A stretch of 64,000 nt of DNA from Acidimicrobiales bacterium (lineage in GTDB: Bacteria > Actinomycetota > Acidimicrobiia > Acidimicrobiales > VFJN01): assembly GCA_030681555.1 (NCBI GenBank), contig JAUXRW010000069.1:702-64701 (forward strand), given 5' to 3'. A program made the translations under genes and the position numbers. Of this stretch, positions 52,938-61,530 are shown piece by piece (within the stretch, counting starts at the first letter, position 1; every line of letters starts with the position of its first letter). The notes below the pieces were generated by a model that saw nothing but the letters and a program-made list of their open reading frames with translations, had not been told where the DNA came from and searched no databases.

Positions 52938-54508
52938 CCGTGGTGACCGAGCCCGACGACCACCTCGACCCCACCGATCCCCGGGACCGGCCCGTCCGCG
53001 GTCGCCGAACCCCACGGCACGCCGTCATAGCCCTGGCCGCAGCGGGCTGCCTGGCCGCCGCCGCCGTCGTCCTCACCGGCACCGACGGTGCGGGGGCGAG
53101 CGGCGACCGCGGCCCGACGGCAACTGCGGGCGAACGAGCGCTTCGGGCCACCGAGTCAGAGAACGGCTCCCTGGCCCGGGCCGATGCCACCACCGTGGTG
53201 TACGACGGCATCGGCAGCCGGCCCGGTGGTGGTCCGGCGGGCGCGGGCCCGATCCAGGGGCTCCGGGGCGCCACGGCGACCGTGGCCCGGATCGCCGACA
53301 GGGGCTGCCCGCCCGCGCCCGGCGCGACCTCGACGTCGTCCTCCACCACCCCGACCAGCACGACCTCGACGAGCACCAGCGCGCCCTCGACGACGTCGAC
53401 CACCCGCCCGTGCCCGACCACGGCGACCACGCGGCCGACCCCCACCACCACCGCCCGGCCGACCCCCACCACCCGGCCGACCCCCACCACCACCACCAGT
53501 GCCACCACGGTCCCGCCGGCGTCCGATCCTCCCCGCGGCGACGAACCCCCCGCACCCGATCCCCGGCCCGACGGAAGCGCCCCGCTCGGGGCCGTCGGCG
53601 ACGGCCTCGGTGATCTCGGCGCGAAGGACCTGCCGACGGGGTCCGACGACGAGGCGACCGGCGACGAGACGACCGGCGATCCTGCCGCCACCCTCACGGA
53701 GCTGCTGCCCATCGGAGCGACGGCCGACCGGGGGGCGGTCCTCTACCGTGCCGACGCGGAGCCGATCGTCGCCCTGCTGGCCGCCCAACCGCTGTTCCGG
53801 GACCTCTCCACCGGCATCGACGACGGCCCGGACGTCGAAGCCCTCGAGACGAACCTCGCCGCGCTCGGCTACGGCGCCGGCCTCACCGTGGACGAGCGGT
53901 TCGACGCCGCCACCGCCGCGGCGGTCGAGGCCTGGGAGGACGACCTCGGTCGGACCGACCCTGACGGCGTCGTCACCGTGGGGGAGGTCCTGCACCTCGA
54001 CGAGCCGACCACGGTGCTGGAGCACGAGGCGCAGGTGGGCGACCTGCTGGAGCCCGGCGATCCCGTGCTGGTGCTCGGCGCCGAGAGCCGCGTCGTCGAG
54101 CTGGACCTGCTCGCCACCGAGGTCGCCGACTGGCCGGTGGGCACCGAGGTCGAGCTCGACTGGGGCGACGGGACGACGTCGAGCGGGAGCGTGACGGAGG
54201 TGTCCCGGGACGTGGTGGACGGGGAGGTCGATCTCGTCGTCACCATCGCCGGCGCCGGAGGCGGGGAACGGCCCGTCGGCAGCGCCGTGGAGGTGGTGCG
54301 CACGGTCGCCGCCCGCACGCCCCCGGTCGGCGTCCCCGTCGGTGCGGTGGTCGCCGGCCCGGACGGCCCGTCGGTCCGGGTGGCCGAGGGGGACGAGGCC
54401 GACGAGGACCACCTTGCGGCCGTCGAGCTCGGGATCGTGGCGGACGGGTGGGTCGAGGTGACAGACGGCATCGACGCCGGGACCGACGTCCGCTTGCCGG
54501 GCTCGTGA
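52934..54508 (+). CDS. peptidoglycan-binding-domain-containing HlyD-like adaptor with Thr/Pro-rich linker
   Basis: TM AVIALAAAGCLAAAAVVL, a T/P low-complexity region, the PG_binding_1-like segment DVEALETNLAALGYGAGLTVDERFDAATAAAVEAWEDDLG, and a beta-barrel C-terminus. The GTG overlaps the upstream stop. Confidence 0.85.
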   Translation: MTVVTEPDDHLDPTDPRDRPVRGRRTPRHAVIALAAAGCLAAAAVVLTGTDGAGASGDRGPTATAGERALRATESENGSLARADATTVVYDGIGSRPGGGPAGAGPIQGLRGATATVARIADRGCPPAPGATSTSSSTTPTSTTSTSTSAPSTTSTTRPCPTTATTRPTPTTTARPTPTTRPTPTTTTSATTVPPASDPPRGDEPPAPDPRPDGSAPLGAVGDGLGDLGAKDLPTGSDDEATGDETTGDPAATLTELLPIGATADRGAVLYRADAEPIVALLAAQPLFRDLSTGIDDGPDVEALETNLAALGYGAGLTVDERFDAATAAAVEAWEDDLGRTDPDGVVTVGEVLHLDEPTTVLEHEAQVGDLLEPGDPVLVLGAESRVVELDLLATEVADWPVGTEVELDWGDGTTSSGSVTEVSRDVVDGEVDLVVTIAGAGGGERPVGSAVEVVRTVAARTPPVGVPVGAVVAGPDGPSVRVAEGDEADEDHLAAVELGIVADGWVEVTDGIDAGTDVRLPGS

Positions 54509-54531
54509 GCGGCCTGGGATAGGTTCGCCCC

Positions 54532-54816
54532 ATGAAGTTCGTGATGCTCTCCACGCTCGGGCCCGACGGCTCCGCACGGCTGCGCGAGAACCCCGAGCGC
54601 CTGCGCGAGGTCTCCCAGGAGGTCGAGGCCATGGGCGTCACGGTGCTCCAGCAGTTCGCCCTGCTCGGGCAGTGGGACTTCCTCAACATCCTCGAGGCGC
54701 CCGACGTGGAGACCATGTCGAAGGTGGCCATGACCCTCGCCAGCCGGGGCACCCTGAAGACGACGACGCTGCCGATCGTCGACATCGACGACTTCATCGC
54801 CGCCCTCAAGCGCTGA
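54532..54816 (+). CDS. GYD domain-containing protein
   Basis: MKFVMLSTLGPDG...LLGQWDFLNILEAPD pattern in 94 aa. Confidence 0.8.
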   Translation: MKFVMLSTLGPDGSARLRENPERLREVSQEVEAMGVTVLQQFALLGQWDFLNILEAPDVETMSKVAMTLASRGTLKTTTLPIVDIDDFIAALKR

Positions 54817-54819
54817 GCG

Positions 54820-55044
54820 TCACACCCACCAGGTCGACCGGGTGCGCTGCCGGCGGACCCGCTGGTGCGGGATCTCGGGGAGCACCTGTCCGTCGCTCTC
54901 ACGACACAGCCGGTAGCCGACGGGGGTGACCTCCTCTACCACGAAACCGCGCTGCCAGGTCTCGTCGAAGCCCGACTGCACCTCGACGCGGGTGCCCGAC
55001 GGGAGGGAGGGGCCCTGGCCATCGGCCCCCGCCGAGCCCTCCAT
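54820..55044 (-). CDS. small hypothetical protein (SH3/Tudor-like beta pattern)
   Basis: MEGSAGADGQGPSLPSGTRVEVQSGFDETWQRGFVVEEVTPVGYRLCRESDG.... High GC3. An alternative ATG lies at 55062. Confidence 0.55.
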   Translation of the reverse strand: MEGSAGADGQGPSLPSGTRVEVQSGFDETWQRGFVVEEVTPVGYRLCRESDGQVLPEIPHQRVRRQRTRSTWWV

Positions 55045-55102
55045 CCGCCGGTCAGCCCCCATCGCCTGATCGTACGTCGGGCGGGTCGCTACCCTCGGCG
55101 GG

Positions 55103-55846
55103 ATGCCATCCGCCGCGACCGCCCGAGCCCGGACCACCGCGCCGGTGCTGCGGAAGGCGCTGAAGGCCACTGCGCCGTCCCTGGAGGTCGAGCGGGGCCT
55201 CTGGGCGGAGGGCCACGACGTCGTGGTCGGCATGGACGAGGTGGGGCGGGGAGCATGGGCCGGACCGCTCACCATCGGTGCTGCCGTCGTGCCGAAGGAC
55301 AGGCGGGTCAACAAGATCCGGGACTCGAAGATGCTCACCGAGCGCGAGCGGGAGGCCCTGTTCGAGCGCGTCGGCGACTGGTGCGTGGCCTGGTCGGTCG
55401 GGCACGCCAGCCCGGAGGAGTGCGATGAGCTCGGCATGTCGGAAGCGCAGCGCCTCGCCGCCCGACGGGCTCTCGACGATCTGGGTGTGCCCGCCGAGCG
55501 CGTGCTCCTCGACGGCAACTGGGACTTCGTGGGCGCCGGCACCAGTCGCCTGGTCGTGAAGGGCGACGCCCGCTGCCTGTCCATCGCCGCCGCATCGATC
55601 CTCGCCAAGGTCACCCGCGACCGCATCATGCGGGCGGAGGCCCAGCACCACGTCTTCTGGAGCTTCGAGGAGAACAAGGGCTACCCGTGCCCCCGCCACA
55701 AGACGGCGCTTCGCGGCATGGGGCCGTCCGCGATCCACCGGCGCAGCTGGGTGTTCATGGACCACTTGCCCTGGCGCGGCATCCCCCGCTTCGTGCCGCC
55801 GCCGCCGGTCGACCCGGACCACCGCTACCAGCAACACCTCTTCTGA
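55103..55846 (+). CDS. rnhB: ribonuclease HII
   Basis: VVGMDEVGRGAWAGPL, IRDSKML and SIAAASILAKVTRD motifs. Confidence 0.9.
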   Translation: MPSAATARARTTAPVLRKALKATAPSLEVERGLWAEGHDVVVGMDEVGRGAWAGPLTIGAAVVPKDRRVNKIRDSKMLTEREREALFERVGDWCVAWSVGHASPEECDELGMSEAQRLAARRALDDLGVPAERVLLDGNWDFVGAGTSRLVVKGDARCLSIAAASILAKVTRDRIMRAEAQHHVFWSFEENKGYPCPRHKTALRGMGPSAIHRRSWVFMDHLPWRGIPRFVPPPPVDPDHRYQQHLF

Positions 55847-55847
55847 C

Positions 55848-56360
55848 GTGGCCTCGCCCGAGCTCGCCGATGACGTCCGGCGCGCCCTCGCCGACCTCCG
55901 GCGGATCCGCCTCGCCGCCACCGCCTGGCCTGCCGTAGCCGGCGACCTGGCCCGCCTCGCCGCCGCCATAGACCACCGGGACGAGGCCGCGATGCGGGCC
56001 GCGCTCCTGCCCCTGTCCCAGGCGGCATTCGAGGGCAAGGTCCGCGGTCGGCTGGCCGGTTCCGACCGACGCGCCGCCCTCGTCACCGCCACCAAGCCGA
56101 CGAGCTCGCTGCCAGCGGTGGGCGCGATCTGCGGCGGGATCCTGCTCGCGCTCGGCTATCTGCTCGGCGGCTGGCTCGTGTTCGCGGGCACGGCGGTGTT
56201 CTCGCTCTTCATCTTCGGGATAGCGATGGCCGGCACCCGCACGAACCTCGACCGCACCGAGGAGCGCCGAGCGAGGGGCCAGGCTCCCACGAGGGAGGCC
56301 ACCGAGCGCGCCCCCTCGGTCGTGGTCGAGGCCATCAGAGGCATCGAGCGGATGCTGTAG
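55848..56360 (+). CDS. hypothetical membrane protein
   Basis: GTG 2 nt after the rnhB stop. Soluble N-terminal helical region plus two TM helices. Confidence 0.6.
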   Translation: MASPELADDVRRALADLRRIRLAATAWPAVAGDLARLAAAIDHRDEAAMRAALLPLSQAAFEGKVRGRLAGSDRRAALVTATKPTSSLPAVGAICGGILLALGYLLGGWLVFAGTAVFSLFIFGIAMAGTRTNLDRTEERRARGQAPTREATERAPSVVVEAIRGIERML

Positions 56361-56364
56361 CTCC

Positions 56365-57627
56365 TCAGTTCTTGAGCAGGTCCTTGAAGGCAGAGTTGGA
56401 GTCGATGCCGGGGTCCTTGGGGAGGCCCAGCACGCGCTCGCCGACGATGTTGCGCAGCACCTCGTCGGAGCCGCCGGCGATGCGCATGGCGGGCGTGCCG
56501 CATATGAACTTCGACCACGCGTAGGTGCCCCACTCGCCGGTGTTGGCCACCATGCGGGGGCCGAGGACGCTGGACACGAAGGCGCCGGTGCGGTTGAGGT
56601 TGTCGGTGAGCGCCATCTTGCCGATGGACATCTCGGGGCCGGGCAGCTGACCGGCCTTCATCTTGTCGAGGGCCCGCTGGTTCGTGAACTTCGCCACCTG
56701 GAACCGGGTGTAGATGTCCATCAGCTCGTCGCGATGCACGGCGCTCTCGCCGAGGCCGAAGTGGCGCAGCATCTGGGCCAACCGGCTGACGTCGGCCACG
56801 CCCATGCCGCCGCCGGCACCCCCGGAACCGATGGATGCCCGCTCGTTCATGAGGGTGGTGAGCGCTACGGCCCAGCCCTGGCTGACGTCGCCGAGGCGGT
56901 GGTCGTCGGGCACCCGCGCCTCGTTGAAGAACACCTCGTTGAACGAGGCGCCGCCGGTCATCTGGCGCAGCGGGCGCACCTCGACCCCCGGTGTTTTCAT
57001 GTCGATGACGAAACCGGTGAGGCCCTTGTGCTTCGGGACGTCGGGGTCGGTACGGCAGATGATCTCGCCGATGTCGCTGTACTGCGCGCCGGACGTCCAC
57101 ACCTTCTGGCCGGTGATGAGCCACTCGTCGCCGTCGCGCTCGGCCCGGCACTGGAGGCCGGCCAGGTCGGAACCGGCACCAGGCTCGCTGAAGAGCTGAC
57201 AGGCCACGAGGTCGCCGCGGTACAGCGCGGGCAGGTACTTGGCCTTCACGTGGTCCTGCGCGTGGTCCTTGATCGTCGGGGCCACCATGCCGAGGCCGAT
57301 CCCGAAGAACCCCTGGTTCGGCACCTCGTACTTCGCCTCGAGGCTGCCGTAGAGGCGCTCGTAGTTGCCCGGCAGCTCGCGGCCGCCGTACTCCGTCGCT
57401 CCCGTGATGTAGCCGAGCCCGGCGTCGAACCGCTTGGCCCGCCAGGCCTGGGCCTCGGCCAGCTCCCTGCGCTCCTGCTCGCGGTCGACCTCTTCGAACA
57501 TGGCGACGTCGTCCTCGCCCTCGCCCCAGACGAACTTCTTCTCCTCGCTGACGCGCGGCGTGGCATTGGCGTCGAGGAAGGCGACGCACTCGTCGCGGAA
57601 CTCGTCGAGTGTGGGCTGGTCGGCCAT
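56365..57627 (-). CDS. acyl-CoA dehydrogenase family protein
   Basis: QLFSEPGAGSDLAG and ITGQKVWTSGAQ motifs, with an ACAD C-terminal helical domain. Confidence 0.9.
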   Translation of the reverse strand: MADQPTLDEFRDECVAFLDANATPRVSEEKKFVWGEGEDDVAMFEEVDREQERRELAEAQAWRAKRFDAGLGYITGATEYGGRELPGNYERLYGSLEAKYEVPNQGFFGIGLGMVAPTIKDHAQDHVKAKYLPALYRGDLVACQLFSEPGAGSDLAGLQCRAERDGDEWLITGQKVWTSGAQYSDIGEIICRTDPDVPKHKGLTGFVIDMKTPGVEVRPLRQMTGGASFNEVFFNEARVPDDHRLGDVSQGWAVALTTLMNERASIGSGGAGGGMGVADVSRLAQMLRHFGLGESAVHRDELMDIYTRFQVAKFTNQRALDKMKAGQLPGPEMSIGKMALTDNLNRTGAFVSSVLGPRMVANTGEWGTYAWSKFICGTPAMRIAGGSDEVLRNIVGERVLGLPKDPGIDSNSAFKDLLKN

Positions 57628-57656
57628 CGGTAGGTCCCCTGTAGGTGAGCACGAAA

Positions 57657-57674
57657 CTTGACTTCCCGGTCAAG
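57657..57674. promoter_or_regulatory. inverted repeat CTTGAC-N6-GTCAAG in a divergent intergenic region
   Basis: cttgacttcccggtcaag, 30 nt upstream of the acyl-CoA dehydrogenase start and 26 nt upstream of 57700. It also contains a TTGACT -35-like hexamer. Confidence 0.3.
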
Positions 57675-57699
57675 GTAGCCGCTCGGTACGGTCGGGGCG

Positions 57700-58107
57700 A
57701 TGTCGGAGCGACGCCCCGCCGTGCTCGCCCTCGTGGTGTGGACGCTGCTCGTCTGGACCACGCGCATTGGCAACATCTGGGGCGACGACGGCCTCGACGC
57801 CGCCGACAAGGTCGGCCGCACGGCCCTGGCGCTCTCGTTCACCGTGCTCGCAGCGGCCGTGGCAGCGGGGATGTGGCGGCGGGCCCCGTGGACGCGCGCC
57901 GCGGTGCGTGCCCTGGCCGGGTGGACGACGGCCGTGTGGGTCGTACGGGCCGTCGGGATCGCCACAGGCGACCACAGCGCCGCCTTCGTCGTCGTGCACC
58001 TCGTGCTGACAGCCGTCTCCATCGGGCTCGCCGCGCTCGCCGCGCTCGCCGTGCGGGGCGTCGCCGGTCGTCCGAGCGGCTTTCCGATGGCGTCGTCGCG
58101 TAGGTAG
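57700..58107 (+). CDS. hypothetical four-TM membrane protein
   Basis: 135 aa with four hydrophobic helices rich in W/R boundaries. Confidence 0.65.
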   Translation: MSERRPAVLALVVWTLLVWTTRIGNIWGDDGLDAADKVGRTALALSFTVLAAAVAAGMWRRAPWTRAAVRALAGWTTAVWVVRAVGIATGDHSAAFVVVHLVLTAVSIGLAALAALAVRGVAGRPSGFPMASSRR

Positions 58108-58120
58108 CCTGCCGCTCACC

Positions 58121-58525
58121 ATGGGCCAGCCGATCACCGTCGTCGAGAAGCCGTCGAGCAACCCGGCGGTCATCCGCTTCGAGACGAACCGACCCCTCAC
58201 GGGCATGGGTCACGAGCGCTACTCCGAGCCGCCGAGCGCGCTGCTCGACAAGACGGTCGACGAGCTGGCCCGCCGGCTCTTCGCGGCCGGCGGAGTGGAG
58301 GCGGTGCACGTCAACGGCTCGGTCGTGACCGTCAGCCTCGAGCGCGGCCGTTCCGGCGCGGGGCTCGGCGACGTCGTCCGACAGCTCTTCCTCCACTACG
58401 GCGACCAGCCCGCACCGGTCGAACCCGCTGCTGCTGGGACGCCGGTCGAACCCGCTGCTGCTGGGACGCCGGTTGCGCCAGAGGCGCCGGCCGAACCGCC
58501 GGCCGCACCCGCCACCGAGGGCTGA
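58121..58525 (+). CDS. Nfu/NifU N-terminal-domain-like protein
   Basis: ITVVEKPSSNPAVIRFETNRPL...LARRLFAAGGVEAVHVNGSVVTV. The Pro/Ala tail contains a duplicated 9-aa unit. Confidence 0.65.
   Translation: MGQPITVVEKPSSNPAVIRFETNRPLTGMGHERYSEPPSALLDKTVDELARRLFAAGGVEAVHVNGSVVTVSLERGRSGAGLGDVVRQLFLHYGDQPAPVEPAAAGTPVEPAAAGTPVAPEAPAEPPAAPATEG
58415..58468 (+). repeat. perfect 27-bp tandem duplication (2 copies)
   Basis: ccggtcgaacccgctgctgctgggacg x2, in frame (PVEPAAAGT x2). Confidence 0.95.
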
Positions 58526-59820
58526 TGCCCGACGCCGGCGCCGTGACCGGCCGCAGGGTGCTGGAGCCGATCCGGATCGGCCGCACGACGTCACTCCGCA
58601 ACCGGCTGTACCGGGCGCCGGTGCTCGAGGGGGCCGGCGACGGCGAGGACGCCGCAGCCACGTACGCGAAGCAGTTCGTCGCCAACGCCGAAGCGGGGGT
58701 CGGCCTCGTCATCCAGGGCAACTCGTGCCTCTACGACGAGGGTCGCACCTCTCCCGGGATGACGATCGTGAGCACGCGCGAGCGGATGCTGCGGCTGCGC
58801 CCGATGGTCGACGCCGTGCATGCGGCCGGGGCCGCGATCTGGATCCAGGTCGGGCACGGTGGCCTGTTCGCGATGGAGGGCTGGCACGAGCCGTACGCCT
58901 CGCAGCGGCGCGGGCCGCTGCTCGCCGCGTCCACGCCGCCGCTCGCGCTGCGGCCGATCTTCCGGCGAGCGCCGATCCACGTCATGACCGCCGACGAGGT
59001 GCGGGCGATGGCGAGCGACTACGGCGACGTGGCGCTCTGGGCGCGCGAAGCCGGCTACGACGGCCTCCAGCTGGCGTCCAGCAACGCGAAGCTGCTCGAC
59101 CAGTTCCTGTCACCGTTCTGGAACCGGCGCGACGACGAGTTCGGCGGCTCGACGTCGGCCCGGGCCAGCGTGCTCCGGCTGATCCGCGAGGCGATCGCGG
59201 AGCGGGCGGGCGCGGACTTCACGGTGACGGTGAAGATCCCGGTGGGGGAAAAGGCCCCGCCCTTCACGGCCCACACGACCTGGGACGAGGGGCTGGAGCT
59301 CGCCCGCCTGGCCGAGGAGTTCGGGTACGACTCCATCACGCCCGTCGAGGTGTCGGTCTTCCCGGACACGACGCTGTCGCGCGGCGGCATCCCCAGCTCG
59401 ATCTGGAGGAACACGGCGATGCAGACGCGGTTTCGCCGCGCCGCGCCGCGGCGCAGCGAGCGGGCCGTGCTGATCGCCGGGTACGTGCTCGGTGGCGCGA
59501 CGTCCCGCTTCCGACCCGTCTGGAACCGCAGCCGCTTCCAGGCCACGAAGGCCGTGGTGTCCATCCCGGTGCTGGCCGTCGGGGGCATCCGGGACGCGGC
59601 CGAGGTCGACGGGGTCCTCGAGGACGGCCAGGCCGACCTCGTCGGCATCGGCCGCCCCTTCTACGCGGAGCCCGGCCTGGCCGGCCGCATCCTCGGAGGC
59701 AGCGACGAGCCCAGCCTGTGCCAGTACTCGAACCTCTGCGTCCCTGCCCAGATGCTCGGGATGAAGGGCGCCTGCTACAACCCCGCGGTCGTGAAGCTCA
59801 GCCGGACGCGCACCGGCTGA
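58525..59820 (+). CDS. NADH:flavin oxidoreductase (Old Yellow Enzyme family)
   Basis: LRNRLYRAPV, QVGHGG, DGLQLASSNAKLLDQFLSP..N.R.DEFGGS and GIGRPFYAEP motifs. The start overlaps the upstream stop (TGATG). Confidence 0.85.
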   Translation: MPDAGAVTGRRVLEPIRIGRTTSLRNRLYRAPVLEGAGDGEDAAATYAKQFVANAEAGVGLVIQGNSCLYDEGRTSPGMTIVSTRERMLRLRPMVDAVHAAGAAIWIQVGHGGLFAMEGWHEPYASQRRGPLLAASTPPLALRPIFRRAPIHVMTADEVRAMASDYGDVALWAREAGYDGLQLASSNAKLLDQFLSPFWNRRDDEFGGSTSARASVLRLIREAIAERAGADFTVTVKIPVGEKAPPFTAHTTWDEGLELARLAEEFGYDSITPVEVSVFPDTTLSRGGIPSSIWRNTAMQTRFRRAAPRRSERAVLIAGYVLGGATSRFRPVWNRSRFQATKAVVSIPVLAVGGIRDAAEVDGVLEDGQADLVGIGRPFYAEPGLAGRILGGSDEPSLCQYSNLCVPAQMLGMKGACYNPAVVKLSRTRTG

Positions 59821-59836
59821 CGCCGAACGCCTGGCT

Positions 59837-60646
59837 CTAGTCCATGGGCACGGGCTTGATGACGCTGAAGTGGGCGCCCTGCGGGTCGCTCAGGACGGCG
59901 AACCGTCCGGGGGGGATGTCCGTTGGCTCGACGTGCATGCTGCCGCCCAGGTCCGTGCAGCGCGCCGCCGCGGCGTCGGTGTCGTCGACGGCGAAGTACA
60001 CCATCCAGTGCGAGGGGAGCTCCTCGGGGCCGGGCCAGCTGTCGCCCACCATCGGCATCATCCCGCCGATGGTGTGACCGTTGAGCTGCCACTGCGTGTA
60101 GGGGTTGCCGTCGGGGTCGATGTCCTCGGTGGTCCACCCGAAGACCGTGCCGTAGAAGACCCGCGCGGCGTCGGGGTTGCGACAGGTGAGCTCGTTCCAG
60201 ATCAGTGCGCCGTGCTCGTTCACGATGCCGGCGCCGGGGTGGTCCTTCGGCTGCCAGATGGAGAAGGGCGTGCCTTCGGTGTCGGCGCAGACGGCCATGC
60301 GGCCGAACGTCATCACGTCCATGGGCGGCAGGAGCACCTGACCGCCGGCCGCCTCGACGAAGCCGGCCGTGGCGTCGGCGTCGCTGACCGAGATGTAGGT
60401 CGTCCAGTAGGGCATGCCGGGGTCCTGCTGGGGGCCGATGCCGGCGACCGCCCGTCCCTGCAGGGTCAACAGGACGTAGCCGCCCGTGGCCTCGTCGGCC
60501 TCCGGCGCCTCCCACCCGAAGAGGCCCATGTAGAAGGCGACGGCGGCCTGCACGTCCGGCGTGCCCATGTCGACCCAGGACGGGGTTCCGGGCTCGTACG
60601 AGTCGATCTCGGGCGTCGCTTCCTCCTGCGTGGGGCGGTACCTCAC
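59837..60646 (-). CDS. tandem VOC (glyoxalase-like) family protein
   Basis: PGTPSWVDMGTPD...FYMGLFGW and a second half ALIWNELTCRNPD...FYGTVFGW. GTG at 60644-60646. Confidence 0.8.
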   Translation of the reverse strand: MRYRPTQEEATPEIDSYEPGTPSWVDMGTPDVQAAVAFYMGLFGWEAPEADEATGGYVLLTLQGRAVAGIGPQQDPGMPYWTTYISVSDADATAGFVEAAGGQVLLPPMDVMTFGRMAVCADTEGTPFSIWQPKDHPGAGIVNEHGALIWNELTCRNPDAARVFYGTVFGWTTEDIDPDGNPYTQWQLNGHTIGGMMPMVGDSWPGPEELPSHWMVYFAVDDTDAAAARCTDLGGSMHVEPTDIPPGRFAVLSDPQGAHFSVIKPVPMD

Positions 60647-60688
60647 CCTACGCAGGCGGGCCCGGACCCGCGACCGCAGGAGTAAGCG

Positions 60689-60702
60689 TAGAACGCGTTC
60701 TC
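60689..60702. promoter_or_regulatory. KstR/TetR-operator-like palindrome TAGAACGCGTTCTC
   Basis: 12-bp perfect core AGAACGCGTTCT, 43 nt upstream of the VOC start and about 105 nt upstream of the revised imuA' start. Same family as 19231-19256. Confidence 0.5.
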
Positions 60703-60781
60703 GCGCCCGATGGGGGGGGCGTGGCGCACTCGGCTTCCAGCGGTTCGATGCCGACAACCCTCCACGCCGCGCTTGACGGGA

Positions 60782-60797
60782 TCGAACAGGTGTTCGA
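60782..60797. promoter_or_regulatory. LexA SOS box TCGAACAGGTGTTCGA
   Basis: Perfect match to the actinobacterial consensus TCGAAC-N4-GTTCGA, 10 nt upstream of the ATG at 60808 of imuA'. Confidence 0.8.
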
Positions 60798-60807
60798 TGC
60801 TGGGACG

Positions 60808-61524
60808 ATGGGTGCAGCGGAGGCACTGGAGGAGCTGAAGGAGCGCGTCCGGCCGGTCGCGCTGGCGCAGCAGCAGCGGCTGCCCGTACTCCCCGGCCTG
60901 GCCGACCTGCTGCCCGGCGCGGGGCTGCGGCGCGGCTCCACGGTGTCGATCTCGGCGGTGCCCCAGATGGGCGGGGCAACCACCTTGGCGCTGGCCCTCC
61001 TGGCCGAGGCCTCTCGCGCCGGGTCGTGGGTGGCGGCGGTGGGCCTGCCGTCCCTCGGCCTGGTGGCCGCCGACGAGCTGGGGGTGGCCCTCGAACGGCT
61101 CGTGCTCGTGGCGGCGCCCGAGCGGGACGGGTGGGGCAGCGTCGTCGCCGCGTTGATCGACGGCTTCGACCTCGTCGTCCTCCACGCCGGCCGGGGAGGG
61201 GTGCGCCCCACCGACGCACGGCGCCTCGTCGCCCGGGGCCGGGAGCGGGGCTCCGTGCTGGTGCAGCTGGGGGCGGGCTGGGCCGGCGAGGCGGACCTCG
61301 CCTTACAGGTCACCGCCGCTCGCTGGGAGGGCCTCGGGGAGGGCCACGGCCATCTCCGGGCCCGACGGGTCACGGTCACCAGCGGTGGGCGGGGCGAAGC
61401 CGCCCGGCCCCGCCAGGTCGACCTGTGGCTGCCGTCCTCGGAGGGCACCGTGGCACCGGTCTACGAGCCGCTGGCGGCCCGTCCCGCCGCCGAGCCGGTC
61501 CGGCCGCTCCGGGCGGTGAGCTGA
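60808..61524 (+). CDS. imuA': ImuA'-like (RecA-fold) SOS mutasome accessory protein
   Basis: LPVLPGLADLLPGAGLRRGSTVSI...GGATTLALALLAEAS, with gene order directly upstream of imuB. The start is moved from GTG 60721 to ATG 60808 because the SOS box lies between them. Confidence 0.75.
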   Translation: MGAAEALEELKERVRPVALAQQQRLPVLPGLADLLPGAGLRRGSTVSISAVPQMGGATTLALALLAEASRAGSWVAAVGLPSLGLVAADELGVALERLVLVAAPERDGWGSVVAALIDGFDLVVLHAGRGGVRPTDARRLVARGRERGSVLVQLGAGWAGEADLALQVTAARWEGLGEGHGHLRARRVTVTSGGRGEAARPRQVDLWLPSSEGTVAPVYEPLAARPAAEPVRPLRAVS

Positions 61525-61530
61525 GCAGCG

